Program-made: the position numbers and the translations under genes
Notes under the pieces: generated by a model
Database searches by the model: none
The model's input: only the letters and a program-made list of their open reading frames with translations
What the model was told of the DNA's origin: nothing
NCBI GenBank assembly: GCA_049446615.1
Contig: JBMTQW010000001.1
Coordinates: forward strand, 11,992-75,991
DNA: 64,000 nucleotides
Reading direction: 5' to 3'
From: Flavobacteriaceae bacterium
GTDB taxonomy: Bacteria; Bacteroidota; Bacteroidia; Flavobacteriales; Flavobacteriaceae
In this document: piece by piece, positions 49,530 to 59,233 of the stretch
Position numbering within the stretch: the first letter of the stretch is position 1
How the letters are laid out: every line of letters starts with the position of its first letter

Positions 49530-50576
49530 TTATGATTCCATATTTTTAAGTGCAGTAAGCAGGGCTTTATTTTCTTCTGCACGTCCCACTGTTATGCGTA
49601 ATGTATTCTCGCATCCTCTGTTTTTAGAAGGATTACGGACTACTATTCCCTGATCAATCAACTGATCATAACGCAATGCACTATTGTCTACTTTTACCAG
49701 AATAAAATTTGCGTCTGAAGGAAAACAGTTTGCAATAAAAGATATTTTGGGGAGTTCCGTTTCTAATTTCATACGTTCTTTAAGAATATAGTCAACTTGA
49801 GATAGAACTCTATCTTGCTCTTCTAATCGCTTCAAAGCCGCTGCAATTGTCAATGAATTTATATTATAAGGAGCCTTAATACGATTTAAAAATTGAATTA
49901 ACATAGGGTGAGCGAATGCCATTCCCAAGCGTGCCCCTGCTAAGCCTTGCGCTTTTGAAAAGGTTTGACAAACCACAAGATTGGGATAGTGTTCTAATTG
50001 GGAAATAAACGATTCTTCCTTTGAAAACTCAACATATGCCTCGTCTATAACAACCAAACCAGAAAAGGAATCGAGAAGGGTAAGCAATGCTTCGCGTTCA
50101 AAACTATTCGCCGTAGGGTTATTGGGGGTAGGTATGAATAGTATTTTTACCTGAGGGGTCAATACATTGCTAATTTCCGAGAGATCCAATTGAAAGTCTT
50201 TTGTTAAAGGAGCTTCTACTACGCCCACCCCGTGGGTTCTTGCGGCTACTTGATACATTCCGAAAGTAGGAGGTAAAATTAAAATGGAATCTTGTTTTGG
50301 CTCACAACAACTCATAATAAGCTGTGAAATAAATTCATCACTACCGTTGCTTAGATACAATTGATCAGGGGGTACCCTTTTCCATTTGGCTATGCGTTCT
50401 TTTAAATCAACTTGAAGCGGATCTGGATAGCGATTTGATTCCGTTTCAAACGGATTTTCATTAGCATCTAATAAAATCATTTTTCGTCCCTGATTAACAA
50501 ATTCCTCACGAGCCGATTGATACGGCTGAAGAGTAAGTAAAGATGTTCGCACGTAGGAGTCTAAATTAAAGTCCAT
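49530..50576 (-). CDS. hisC: Histidinol-phosphate aminotransferase
   Basis: 348 aa. PLP-lysine context [13 protein letters not shown]. Position in the operon also fits. Confidence 0.92.
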   Translation of the reverse strand: MDFNLDSYVRTSLLTLQPYQSAREEFVNQGRKMILLDANENPFETESNRYPDPLQVDLKERIAKWKRVPPDQLYLSNGSDEFISQLIMSCCEPKQDSILILPPTFGMYQVAARTHGVGVVEAPLTKDFQLDLSEISNVLTPQVKILFIPTPNNPTANSFEREALLTLLDSFSGLVVIDEAYVEFSKEESFISQLEHYPNLVVCQTFSKAQGLAGARLGMAFAHPMLIQFLNRIKAPYNINSLTIAAALKRLEEQDRVLSQVDYILKERMKLETELPKISFIANCFPSDANFILVKVDNSALRYDQLIDQGIVVRNPSKNRGCENTLRITVGRAEENKALLTALKNMES

Positions 50577-51858
50577 CAGCTAATTTTTTTAATCGAATAG
50601 ATACGGCATTTTTATGAGCATCTAGCCCTTCAGCTGCCGCCATATGCATAATGGTTTCACCCAATCCCTTAATTCCCTTTTCACTTATTTTTTGAAACGT
50701 AATGGATTTTGTAAAACTATCTAAATTAACACCACTGTACTGTTTTGCATACCCATTGGTGGGCAAGGTATGATTGGTTCCTGATGCATAATCACCGGCA
50801 CTCTCAGGGGTGTAATTTCCGATAAAAACCGATCCTGCATTTTGAAGGTTTGAAAGGAATTCTTTTTCGTCTTCCACACACAAGATATAATGCTCAGGGC
50901 CATAGGCGTTAATAAAGGATTGTGCTAATTCTGAAGTGGGCAAACAAATTAGTTTTGAATGCTCTAAAGCCTTTTCTGCAATAAAACGTCGAGGTAAAGT
51001 CATTAATTGGTTTTCAATTGCATTTTGTACGGCATCTAATAAACTGGGGGCGGTAGTTACAAAAATCACTTGACTATCTGGGCCGTGTTCAGCTTGAGAA
51101 AGTAAATCTGCAGCAATGAAATCTGAATCTGCAGACTTATCAGCCATTACCAATAGCTCACTAGGGCCTGCAGGCATGTCTATACTTACATGGAATCGAG
51201 TAGCCCATTGTTTTGCTACAGTAACGTATTGATTTCCTGGGCCAAATATTTTATAAACAGAAGGAATTGTTGCTGTACCAAAGGTCATTGCTGCTATGGA
51301 TTGAATGCCTCCTATTTTATATATTTTCTGTATTCCACAAAGTGCAGCTGTATATCGAATTACTGCGGGTATTGTGCCTGAAGCATTTGGGGGTGTACAT
51401 AAAATTATTTCATTACAACCTGCAATTTGTGCCGGAACAGCCAACATAAGAAGGGTTGAAAATAAAGGTGCTGAACCTCCAGGAATATAGAGTCCTACTT
51501 TTTCTATGGGTCTTTTTTCTTGCCAACACAAAACTCCGGGTTGGGTTTCCACCTGAACTTTTTCTGTTTTTTGTGCTCTGTGAAAGGCTTCAATATTCCG
51601 CTTAGCATTTTGAATGGAACGTTGCAATTCGGGAGAAATTTCATGTTGTGCCTGCTGGATTTCGGCTGGACTAACTTCTAGGGAAGTCAATTGAACTTTA
51701 TCAAATTTTTCAGTGTACTTGATAACGGCTGAATCCCCTTTTTTACGAACTGCATCAAAAACTTCAGCTACCAAAGGTTCTAAATCTGAATAACTGGCGG
51801 TAGGACGCTTAAGTAAACGTTCCCATTGATCTACTGGAGGGTGGAAAAAACGTTGCAT
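50566..51858 (-). CDS. hisD: Histidinol dehydrogenase
   Basis: 430 aa. SQAEHGPDSQ motif. Confidence 0.95.
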   Translation of the reverse strand: MQRFFHPPVDQWERLLKRPTASYSDLEPLVAEVFDAVRKKGDSAVIKYTEKFDKVQLTSLEVSPAEIQQAQHEISPELQRSIQNAKRNIEAFHRAQKTEKVQVETQPGVLCWQEKRPIEKVGLYIPGGSAPLFSTLLMLAVPAQIAGCNEIILCTPPNASGTIPAVIRYTAALCGIQKIYKIGGIQSIAAMTFGTATIPSVYKIFGPGNQYVTVAKQWATRFHVSIDMPAGPSELLVMADKSADSDFIAADLLSQAEHGPDSQVIFVTTAPSLLDAVQNAIENQLMTLPRRFIAEKALEHSKLICLPTSELAQSFINAYGPEHYILCVEDEKEFLSNLQNAGSVFIGNYTPESAGDYASGTNHTLPTNGYAKQYSGVNLDSFTKSITFQKISEKGIKGLGETIMHMAAAEGLDAHKNAVSIRLKKLADGL

Positions 51859-52709
51859 TACAGTACCATTTTTTCAATTGGACACACCAATATATCTTCA
51901 GCTCCAGCGGCTTTTAATTGTTCAATTACCTCCCAAAAATCACCTTCATTGATTACTGAGTGTAATGAACTCCAACCTGGATTAGCCAAAGGCAATACCG
52001 TAGGGCTCTTTAGTACAGGTAGAATTGCACTTATAGACTCTATACTATCGTTTGGACAATTCAATAAAATATATTTTGATTTTTTTGCCCTAAGTACGGC
52101 TTTAATTCGAAATTGAAAGGTTTCTAATATTGTTTGGCTTTCTTTATTAATTTTTGGTGATTGCACCAAAACGGCTTGAGATTTTGTTATGCGGACAACT
52201 TCTTTTAGGTTGTTTTTAAATAAGGTGCTGCCACTAGAAACTATATCACAAATGGCATCTGCCAAGCCAATATTTGGAGCAATTTCAACAGAACCATTTA
52301 TAATGTGCAAATCGGCTTTAATGTTGTTTTCTTGTAAAAATGCATTGACCGTATTGGGGTAAGAAGTCGCAATTTTTTTGCCTTGTAAATCAGCAAGGGA
52401 ATTGTATTTAAATCCTTTTGGAACAGCGATTGAAACCCTACACTTAGAAAATCCAAGGGGTTCAATAATTTTAAGGTCTGTTCCTTTTTCTACTAAAAGA
52501 TTTTCTCCTAAAATAGCTACATCAACCACACCATCGCGTAAGTATTGCGGAATATCTCCATTTCGCAAGAAAAACACTTCCATCGGAAAATTTCTCGAGG
52601 ATGCTTTTAGTTGATCTTTACCATTTTCAATGGAAATCCCACAGTCTTTTAAAAGGTTAAGGGAATCTTCATTGAGTCGTCCTGATTTTTGTATTGCTAA
52701 TCGTATCAT
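51858..52709 (-). CDS. hisG: ATP phosphoribosyltransferase (long form)
   Basis: 283 aa. MIRLAIQKSGRL... plus a C-terminal regulatory domain. First gene of the operon. Confidence 0.93.
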   Translation of the reverse strand: MIRLAIQKSGRLNEDSLNLLKDCGISIENGKDQLKASSRNFPMEVFFLRNGDIPQYLRDGVVDVAILGENLLVEKGTDLKIIEPLGFSKCRVSIAVPKGFKYNSLADLQGKKIATSYPNTVNAFLQENNIKADLHIINGSVEIAPNIGLADAICDIVSSGSTLFKNNLKEVVRITKSQAVLVQSPKINKESQTILETFQFRIKAVLRAKKSKYILLNCPNDSIESISAILPVLKSPTVLPLANPGWSSLHSVINEGDFWEVIEQLKAAGAEDILVCPIEKMVL

Positions 52710-52714
52710 AAGTT

Positions 52715-52747
52715 AAAAAAAAACCCGTTTGAAAAATCAAACGGGTG
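52715..52747 (-). terminator. Attenuator terminator in the his leader
   Basis: Minus strand reads CACCCGTTTGA-TTTT-TCAAACGGGT, a perfect 10-bp stem (52737..52746 with 52723..52732) and a 4-nt loop, running into a T9 tract. It ends 5 nt before the hisG ATG. Confidence 0.7.
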
Positions 52748-52772
52748 TATAATAGTGAACAAAAACATCCTA

Positions 52773-52829
52773 TTACAACTCGTTTGAGTCGCTGTAAAAA
52801 TGATGTAGATGTGTTGTTTTAAATTTCAT
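52773..52829 (-). CDS. hisL: Candidate his operon leader peptide (18 aa)
   Basis: Hand translation gives ATG AAA TTT AAA ACA ACA CAT CTA CAT CAT TTT TAC AGC GAC TCA AAC GAG TTG TAA = MKFKTTHLHHFYSDSNEL*. It has three His codons in a 4-codon window, and its 3' end contains TCAAACGAG, which is complementary to the 5' arm of the terminator. Confidence 0.55.
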   Translation of the reverse strand: MKFKTTHLHHFYSDSNEL

Positions 52830-52835
52830 TGCGTG

Positions 52836-52867
52836 CAAATATATTTAATAATTTGAAAAGCAACAAA
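52836..52867 (-). promoter_or_regulatory. Candidate Bacteroidota promoter (-33 TTTG / -7 TATATTTG) for the his leader and operon
   Basis: Minus strand has TTTG (52867..52864), a 20-nt spacer, then TATATTTG (52843..52836), ending 6 nt before the leader ATG. Confidence 0.4.
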
Positions 52868-52916
52868 CGAATTTTATTTTCGATTGTATTATTCTGAAAC
52901 TAGTGGATATATCTTT

Positions 52917-53735
52917 TTATTGATTTCCTAAAATTATTGGCAACCCGTCTTTACCACTTCCAATTACTATTACTTTAGCATTGGGTGATTCTGACAATTT
53001 AAGTGTCGCTTCGATACCCTTTTCTTGAAGGATTTTTTCTGTTAGCGATGCACTTAAAATACGGTTAGCAGTTGCTTTCCCTTCGGCATCAATGCGTTGG
53101 CGTTCTGCTTCTTGCTTTGCTTTTTCCAAACGGAACTCATATTCTAAAGACTCTTGTTCTTGACCTAATTTACGCTCAATAGCCTCTTTAATGGCAATAG
53201 GCAGCGTAACGTCACGAACCAAAACGGCATTCAATTGAATGTGTTGGCTATCTACATTTTTTTGAGTTTCTTCAAATATTTCATTTTGAATTGCGTCTCG
53301 TTTGGTAGAATACAATTGTTCAGGCGTATACCGACCAACAACAGAACGTGCAACAGCACGAATTTGGGGGATCAATACAATGTTTACATAATTTTCCCCT
53401 TTGGTTTGATGTAACAATCCCAATTCCTCGTATTTGGGTTGATATAGCACAGAAACATCTAATGAAATTTCAAGACCATTAGAAGACAATACTTGCATAT
53501 TCCCTTCAAAAAACTCTTGTTGCTTGACGTTGTACACATACACTTTGTTCCAAGGTGCAATAACGTGGAATCCCTCTCCTAGGGGAGGATTATCAGTAAC
53601 TACCCCACCCGCAAAGGTTTTAAATAAAACCCCGGCTTCACCATAACCGATGTTTATTGAAGATTTCGAAATAAAAATTAATAGTACTACAACCAATAAT
53701 ATTACTGGCAATCCGATTTTAGGTAATTTTTGCAT
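52917..53735 (-). CDS. SPFH/Band 7 (prohibitin-like) membrane protein
   Basis: 272 aa. N-terminal TM segment, SPFH core and a C-terminal coiled coil (EQESLEYEFRLEKAKQEAERQRIDAEG). Confidence 0.85.
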   Translation of the reverse strand: MQKLPKIGLPVILLVVVLLIFISKSSINIGYGEAGVLFKTFAGGVVTDNPPLGEGFHVIAPWNKVYVYNVKQQEFFEGNMQVLSSNGLEISLDVSVLYQPKYEELGLLHQTKGENYVNIVLIPQIRAVARSVVGRYTPEQLYSTKRDAIQNEIFEETQKNVDSQHIQLNAVLVRDVTLPIAIKEAIERKLGQEQESLEYEFRLEKAKQEAERQRIDAEGKATANRILSASLTEKILQEKGIEATLKLSESPNAKVIVIGSGKDGLPIILGNQ

Positions 53736-53746
53736 GATAAAAAAGT

Positions 53747-54502
53747 TTAGGTTAACATTCCTCCATCTACGTGGAGTACTTGTCCAGTAATATAACTGGA
53801 TAAATCAGAAGCCAAAAATACACAAGCATTGGCTACATCTTCAGGCTGTCCCCCTCTTTTTAAGGGTATGCCTTCTCTCCACCCTTGTACCACTTCTTCT
53901 GAAAGTTGGGCAGTCATTTCGGTTTCAATAAACCCTGGGGCAATCACATTTGAACGAATATTGCGTGATCCCAATTCAAGGGCAATAGATTTAGAAAAGC
54001 CAATAATGCCTGCCTTTGATGCGGCATAATTGGCTTGACCTGCATTTCCTTTCACTCCCACTACAGAACTCATATGTATGAGTGATCCGTGTCGTTGTTT
54101 TAGGAAAGTGCGTTGTACAGCTTTGGTCATATTAAAGATCGACTTTAAGTTCACTTCAATAACTTGATCAAAGTCTTCTTCACTCATTCGCATTAAGAGA
54201 TTGTCTTTGGTAATGCCCGCATTATTGATTAAAATATCAAGTGCGCCAAAATCCTCAATTACTTGATCGACTAACTGTTGAGCTGCTTCAAAATGCGCTG
54301 CATTACTTTGGTATCCTTTTATTTGAATACCGTACGAGGCAAGCTCTTTTTCTAGTTGATCAGCGGCTTCTATATTACTGCTATAGGTAAAGGCAACAGC
54401 GCATCCGTGGGCTGCAAAAGTTGCAGCTATACCCCTACCAATACCACGGCTAGCTCCTGTAATAAGGGCTGTTTTTCCAGACAATAATTTCACGTTATTC
54501 AT
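53747..54502 (-). CDS. fabG: 3-oxoacyl-ACP reductase (SDR)
   Basis: 251 aa. TGASRGIG, NNAG and YAASKAG motifs. Confidence 0.85.
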   Translation of the reverse strand: MNNVKLLSGKTALITGASRGIGRGIAATFAAHGCAVAFTYSSNIEAADQLEKELASYGIQIKGYQSNAAHFEAAQQLVDQVIEDFGALDILINNAGITKDNLLMRMSEEDFDQVIEVNLKSIFNMTKAVQRTFLKQRHGSLIHMSSVVGVKGNAGQANYAASKAGIIGFSKSIALELGSRNIRSNVIAPGFIETEMTAQLSEEVVQGWREGIPLKRGGQPEDVANACVFLASDLSSYITGQVLHVDGGMLT

Positions 54503-54508
54503 GTTAGT

Positions 54509-55381
54509 TTAAGCTAGTACTTCGGCTACTTTAGCACCGATTTGTGCGGGAGAATCTACAACGTGAATTCCACATTCACGCATTATTTTCTTTTTAGCTG
54601 CTGCAGTATCATCACTACCGCCAACAATTGCTCCTGCATGTCCCATTGTTCTTCCTTTGGGCGCTGTTTCTCCTGCAATAAAACCAATAACGGGTTTTTT
54701 GTTTCCATGAGCTTTGATCCATTTTGCCGCATCGGCTTCCAATTGTCCTCCAATTTCACCAATCATGACTATACATTCGGTATCGGGATCGTCCATAAAA
54801 AGAGCAATGGCGTCTTTTGTAGTTGTTCCAATGATGGGATCTCCTCCAATACCAATTGCGGTGGATATTCCCAACCCTTCACGGACAACTTGATCTGAAG
54901 CCTCATAGGTTAATGTTCCTGATTTGGAGACAATACCTACCTTTCCTTTTTTAAAGACAAACCCAGGCATTATACCAACCTTTGCTTCCTCAGGGGTGAT
55001 TACTCCTGGGCAGTTAGGGCCAATTAGGGTTGCTCCTTTTTGCTTTACATATTGAAACGCCTTGGTCATGTCATTTACAGGTATGCCTTCTGTAATGGCA
55101 ATAATAACCTTAATTCCTGCTTCTGCTGCCTCCATTATGGCATCGGCTGCAAAGGCTGGGGGCACAAATATAATGGAAGTGTCTGCTCCCGCTTTTGCCA
55201 CTGCTTCTGCTACACTGTTAAATACGGGGCGGTCTAAGTGGGTTTGCCCTCCTTTTCCAGGAGTAACACCTCCTACTAGATTTGTTCCGTATTCTATCAT
55301 TTGTGAAGCATGAAAAGTTCCTTCACTTCCCGTAAATCCTTGAACGATTATTTTGGAATCCTTGTTAACAAGTACACTCAT
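54509..55381 (-). CDS. sucD: Succinate--CoA ligase subunit alpha
   Basis: 290 aa. SKSGTLTYE and phosphohistidine loop MGHAGAIV. Confidence 0.95.
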   Translation of the reverse strand: MSVLVNKDSKIIVQGFTGSEGTFHASQMIEYGTNLVGGVTPGKGGQTHLDRPVFNSVAEAVAKAGADTSIIFVPPAFAADAIMEAAEAGIKVIIAITEGIPVNDMTKAFQYVKQKGATLIGPNCPGVITPEEAKVGIMPGFVFKKGKVGIVSKSGTLTYEASDQVVREGLGISTAIGIGGDPIIGTTTKDAIALFMDDPDTECIVMIGEIGGQLEADAAKWIKAHGNKKPVIGFIAGETAPKGRTMGHAGAIVGGSDDTAAAKKKIMRECGIHVVDSPAQIGAKVAEVLA

Positions 55382-55402
55382 AGTTTATTGGGTCTATTTA
55401 AT

Positions 55403-55969
55403 TTATTCTTTTACGCGTTCGATGTAGCTCCCTTTTTCGGTGTCTACTTTGATTTTATCTCCTTCATTGATAAATAGGGGGACGTTAATACTCGCTCCCG
55501 TTTCTAAAGTAGCAGGCTTCGTTGCATTGGTAGCTGTATTTCCCTTAACTCCTGGCTCTGTATGGGTGATTTCTAATACCACACTGGCAGACATATCGGC
55601 AGAAAGGGGTAAGCCATCTTCAGTATTTATTGAAATGGATACAAGCTCTCCTTCTTTTAATAAATCAGGTGCATCTAAAATGGCTTTATCAATACTAATT
55701 TGGTTGTAATCGTCTGTATTCATGAAGTGATACAGATTGTTTTCATTGTACAAGAATTGATATTTTTGAGTTACTACTCGTATGTCTTCAATTTTATGTC
55801 CTGCTGAAAAGGTATTGTCAATCACTTTGCCATTTGTGACACTTTTAAGTTTTGTACGAACAAAGGCAGGTCCTTTACCCGGTTTAACGTGTAAAAACTC
55901 AATTATTTTATAAATATCGTTGTTGTATTTGATACAAAGACCTTTTCGAATGTCAGAAGTTGATGCCAT
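55403..55969 (-). CDS. efp: Elongation factor P
   Basis: 188 aa. HVKPGKGPAFVRTKLK loop. Confidence 0.95.
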   Translation of the reverse strand: MASTSDIRKGLCIKYNNDIYKIIEFLHVKPGKGPAFVRTKLKSVTNGKVIDNTFSAGHKIEDIRVVTQKYQFLYNENNLYHFMNTDDYNQISIDKAILDAPDLLKEGELVSISINTEDGLPLSADMSASVVLEITHTEPGVKGNTATNATKPATLETGASINVPLFINEGDKIKVDTEKGSYIERVKE

Positions 55970-55991
55970 AGTGGGTGCAAATTTACATGTT

Positions 55992-56765
55992 TTAAAAATA
56001 TCCTTTCATTAAACCGCGCTTGGATTGTTGAATAAATTGTAAAATCAAATCGCGTTCAGGTGAAGCAATTTGTTCAGCCTCAATCACACGAACGGCATTT
56101 GAAGTATTTAAATTGTTTTGAAACAGTATTCGGTAAATGGATTGGATTTCTTGTATTTTCTCAGCCGTAAATCCTTTACGACGTAATCCTACTGAGTTAA
56201 CCCCCGCATAAGAAATGGGTTCCCTTGCCGCTTTCACATAGGGAGGAATATCTTTTCTAACCTTAGCGCCACCCCCTACAAAAGCATAATCACCAACGGA
56301 ACAAAATTGATGAATGGCTACTAATCCTGCAAGAATAACATGATTGCCTACGTTAATGTGCCCTGCTAATGTACTGTTATTTGAAAACACACAGTAATTC
56401 CCTATTTTACAATCGTGTGCAATATGTGAATAGGCCATAATTAAGTTATGCGAACCTACTTCCGTTTTTCCTGTATCTGAAGTACCTCGGTTTATAGTAA
56501 CACATTCACGAATAGTAGTGTGATCACCAATAAGGGCTAGTGTTTCTTCTCCTGAAAATTTTAAATCTTGTGGAATGGCACCAATTACTGCACCTGGAAA
56601 TATTTTACAGTTTTTTCCAATTCGTGTTCCTGACATCAAAGTTATGTTTGGACCTATCCAAGTACCCTCACCAATTTCTACATTTTTTTCTATGGTTGTA
56701 AACGGACCAACTTCAACTTTATCTCCGAGAATAGCTTCCGGATGAATGGAATGAATTGTGTTCAT
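55992..56765 (-). CDS. lpxA: Acyl-ACP--UDP-N-acetylglucosamine O-acyltransferase
   Basis: 257 aa. Left-handed beta-helix hexapeptide repeats plus a helical C-terminus. The lpx gene context also fits. Confidence 0.92.
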   Translation of the reverse strand: MNTIHSIHPEAILGDKVEVGPFTTIEKNVEIGEGTWIGPNITLMSGTRIGKNCKIFPGAVIGAIPQDLKFSGEETLALIGDHTTIRECVTINRGTSDTGKTEVGSHNLIMAYSHIAHDCKIGNYCVFSNNSTLAGHINVGNHVILAGLVAIHQFCSVGDYAFVGGGAKVRKDIPPYVKAAREPISYAGVNSVGLRRKGFTAEKIQEIQSIYRILFQNNLNTSNAVRVIEAEQIASPERDLILQFIQQSKRGLMKGYF

Positions 56766-56780
56766 GATTAAATTTGGGTA

Positions 56781-58193
56781 TTATTCATTAGTATCATTTC
56801 GCCTAGAAATCTGAGCCATTAATTCGCCTTCACTTACTTGTTGACCATTGACAAAGGCATACCCTTTCATATTGCATATTCCTCTTCGAATTGGAGTTAA
56901 TAATTCGAGTTTAAAAATTAATGTATCTCCAGGATATACAGGTTTTTTAAATTTCACATTATCAATTTTCATAAAAAATGTGAGGTAGTTCTCAGGATCT
57001 GGAACTGTACTGAGCACCAATACACCACCAGCTTGAGCCATAGCCTCAATTTGTAAAACTCCTGGCATTACGGGTGCTCCTGGAAAATGTCCTTGGAAAA
57101 AGGATTCATTCATTGTCACATTTTTTAATCCCACAACATGGGTTTCCGAGAGTTCTAAAATACGGTCAACCAACAAAAAGGGAGGACGATGAGGCAACAT
57201 CGCCATAATTTGCTTGATATCCATCACAGGGGGCTCCTCCAAATTGACTACAGGAACATTTAATTTTTTTATATTTTTTACTAAGGTCAATATTTTTTTA
57301 GCAAAGTCAGTATTGACTTTATGCCCCGGTTTTGTAGCAATAATTTGGCCTTGAATGGGAATTCCCACAAGGGATAAATCACCAATGACATCGAGTAATT
57401 TATGACGTGCCGGTTCATTGGGAAAGTGTAGAGAGGTATTGTCTAAAATGCCATTGGGCTTAACAGCTATGGATTCTTTACCAAAAGTTACTTTTAACTT
57501 TTCTAAAGTAGCATCATCTAATGCTTTGTCCACGTAAATAATGGCATTGCTTAGATCGCCCCCTTTAATCAGTCCTTTGTCTAGCAAAGGTTTCAATTCA
57601 TGAAGAAAACTAAACGTTCGCGCTGGAGCAATTTCGGTTTCAAAATCAGAAAGATGATCTAAACTGGCAAATTGTGACCCTAACACTTCAGTATGATAAT
57701 CAATCATCACCTTGTAAGAAGTATCCTCAGCAGGAATCAGAAAAAGCTCACTTCCGCTTTCTTCATCAACATGTCGGATGATTTCTTGAACAACAAACCG
57801 TTCCTGTAATGCCTCTTGGGCTTGTATTCCCGCTTTGTGAATCCCTTTTAAAAATTCAATTGCTGAGCCATCAAGAATCGGAATTTCAGCACCGGACAAT
57901 TCAATGTAGCAATTGGACACTTGTGCACCACTCAAAGCGGCTAAAAGATGCTCTGGAGTTTTTACTTCAACACCCTCTTTGGCTATAGTAGTGCCGCGAT
58001 TGGTTTGGCTAACAAAATTAGCTAAGGCAGGAATTTCAACGGGAGGATCTAAATCCATACGCTTAAAAACTATTCCGGTGTTTTCAGGTGCCGGAAAAAG
58101 TTTCACGGTTATTGAATTTCCTGAATGCAATCCAATACCTTGGAATAAGATTTCATTCTTAATTGTGTTTTGTGCTGTAGAGGTTGTAATCAT
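56781..58193 (-). CDS. lpxC/fabZ: Bifunctional UDP-3-O-acyl-GlcNAc deacetylase / 3-hydroxyacyl-ACP dehydratase
   Basis: 470 aa. LpxC N-terminus (GIGLHSG...) fused to FabZ (LPHRPPFLLVDR...FFQGHFPG). This fusion is typical of Bacteroidota. Confidence 0.93.
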   Translation of the reverse strand: MITTSTAQNTIKNEILFQGIGLHSGNSITVKLFPAPENTGIVFKRMDLDPPVEIPALANFVSQTNRGTTIAKEGVEVKTPEHLLAALSGAQVSNCYIELSGAEIPILDGSAIEFLKGIHKAGIQAQEALQERFVVQEIIRHVDEESGSELFLIPAEDTSYKVMIDYHTEVLGSQFASLDHLSDFETEIAPARTFSFLHELKPLLDKGLIKGGDLSNAIIYVDKALDDATLEKLKVTFGKESIAVKPNGILDNTSLHFPNEPARHKLLDVIGDLSLVGIPIQGQIIATKPGHKVNTDFAKKILTLVKNIKKLNVPVVNLEEPPVMDIKQIMAMLPHRPPFLLVDRILELSETHVVGLKNVTMNESFFQGHFPGAPVMPGVLQIEAMAQAGGVLVLSTVPDPENYLTFFMKIDNVKFKKPVYPGDTLIFKLELLTPIRRGICNMKGYAFVNGQQVSEGELMAQISRRNDTNE

Positions 58194-59212
58194 ATCTTCA
58201 CTTTTTTTTCTACGCGTTCAACTTTAGTTTTTAATTCAGGTAAGTTTTTAAATACAGCATAGGACTTATAGAAAGATCGAAAATCAAAACCAGGAGTTCC
58301 TTGAATCGTTGACCCAGAGGGTACATTATTTATAACCCCAGTTTGCCCTTGAATTTTAATGTTGTCTCCAAGCTGCAAATGTCCAATAATACCTACTTGA
58401 CCTCCAATCACACAATCCGATCCTATTTTTGTAGAGCCAGCTACACCCGATTGGGCTGCAATTAGGGTTCGTGGGCCAATTTCTACATTATGGGCTATTT
58501 GCACAAGATTATCTAATTTGACTCCCTCATGAAGGATTGTGCTCCCTAGGGTAGCCCGATCTATTGTTGAATTGGCACCTATTTCTACTTTATTTCTTAA
58601 GATCACATTCCCTACTTGAGGAATTTTTAGTGCGGTATCTTTTTCTTGAGCTACAAAACCAAATCCATCAGATCCAATTACAACACCACTGTGGAGAATG
58701 CACTCTTTTCCTATTTGAGTATCGTCCAAAAGGGTTCCCCTAGGATGAATCACAGTTCCCGTGTCAATTTTGACGTTGTTTCCTATGTAAGAATAGGCTC
58801 CTATGGAAACGCCCCCATGAATTATACTGTTTTTCCCAACGCTCACGTAGGGCCCAATATACACTTGCTCATCAATTTGTGCGGATTCATGAACTATAGC
58901 AGTAGGATGAATTCCCATTTGCTTTTCCTTTTTTTCATTTGCCCATTCTAGTAAAAGTTGACTAAAAACAGCATAGGGATCATCAACTTCGATCAAGGTG
59001 GTGTCTGAGGAAAAGTGTTTTTGTTTTGGTCGTACCAAAACAATACTGGCATTCGTGGTTTTTAAAAAGTGTTCGTATTTAGAATTTGCTAAAAAAGTAA
59101 GAGATCCTTTTGAAGCCGATTCTATTTTCGCCAGTTGATTAATTTCGACTGAAGAAGAACCAACTACCCTACCGTTGTATTTTTTGGCAATCTCTTGAGC
59201 AGTCAATTTCAT
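58190..59212 (-). CDS. lpxD: UDP-3-O-(3-hydroxyacyl)glucosamine N-acyltransferase
   Basis: Hexapeptide repeats. The conserved N-terminus MKLTAQEIAKKYNG begins at the second ATG (59212); the track ORF extends 6 codons further, to 59230. Confidence 0.9.
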   Translation of the reverse strand: MKLTAQEIAKKYNGRVVGSSSVEINQLAKIESASKGSLTFLANSKYEHFLKTTNASIVLVRPKQKHFSSDTTLIEVDDPYAVFSQLLLEWANEKKEKQMGIHPTAIVHESAQIDEQVYIGPYVSVGKNSIIHGGVSIGAYSYIGNNVKIDTGTVIHPRGTLLDDTQIGKECILHSGVVIGSDGFGFVAQEKDTALKIPQVGNVILRNKVEIGANSTIDRATLGSTILHEGVKLDNLVQIAHNVEIGPRTLIAAQSGVAGSTKIGSDCVIGGQVGIIGHLQLGDNIKIQGQTGVINNVPSGSTIQGTPGFDFRSFYKSYAVFKNLPELKTKVERVEKKVKI

Positions 59213-59233
59213 GACTGCAAAATTACGCATTAA

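Noticed and set aside
49529-49582. An 18-codon extension of the hisB ORF ([18 protein letters not shown]).
   Set aside because: It overlaps hisC. The HAD motif DRDGT follows the internal ATG at 49528, which sits 1 nt from the hisC stop.
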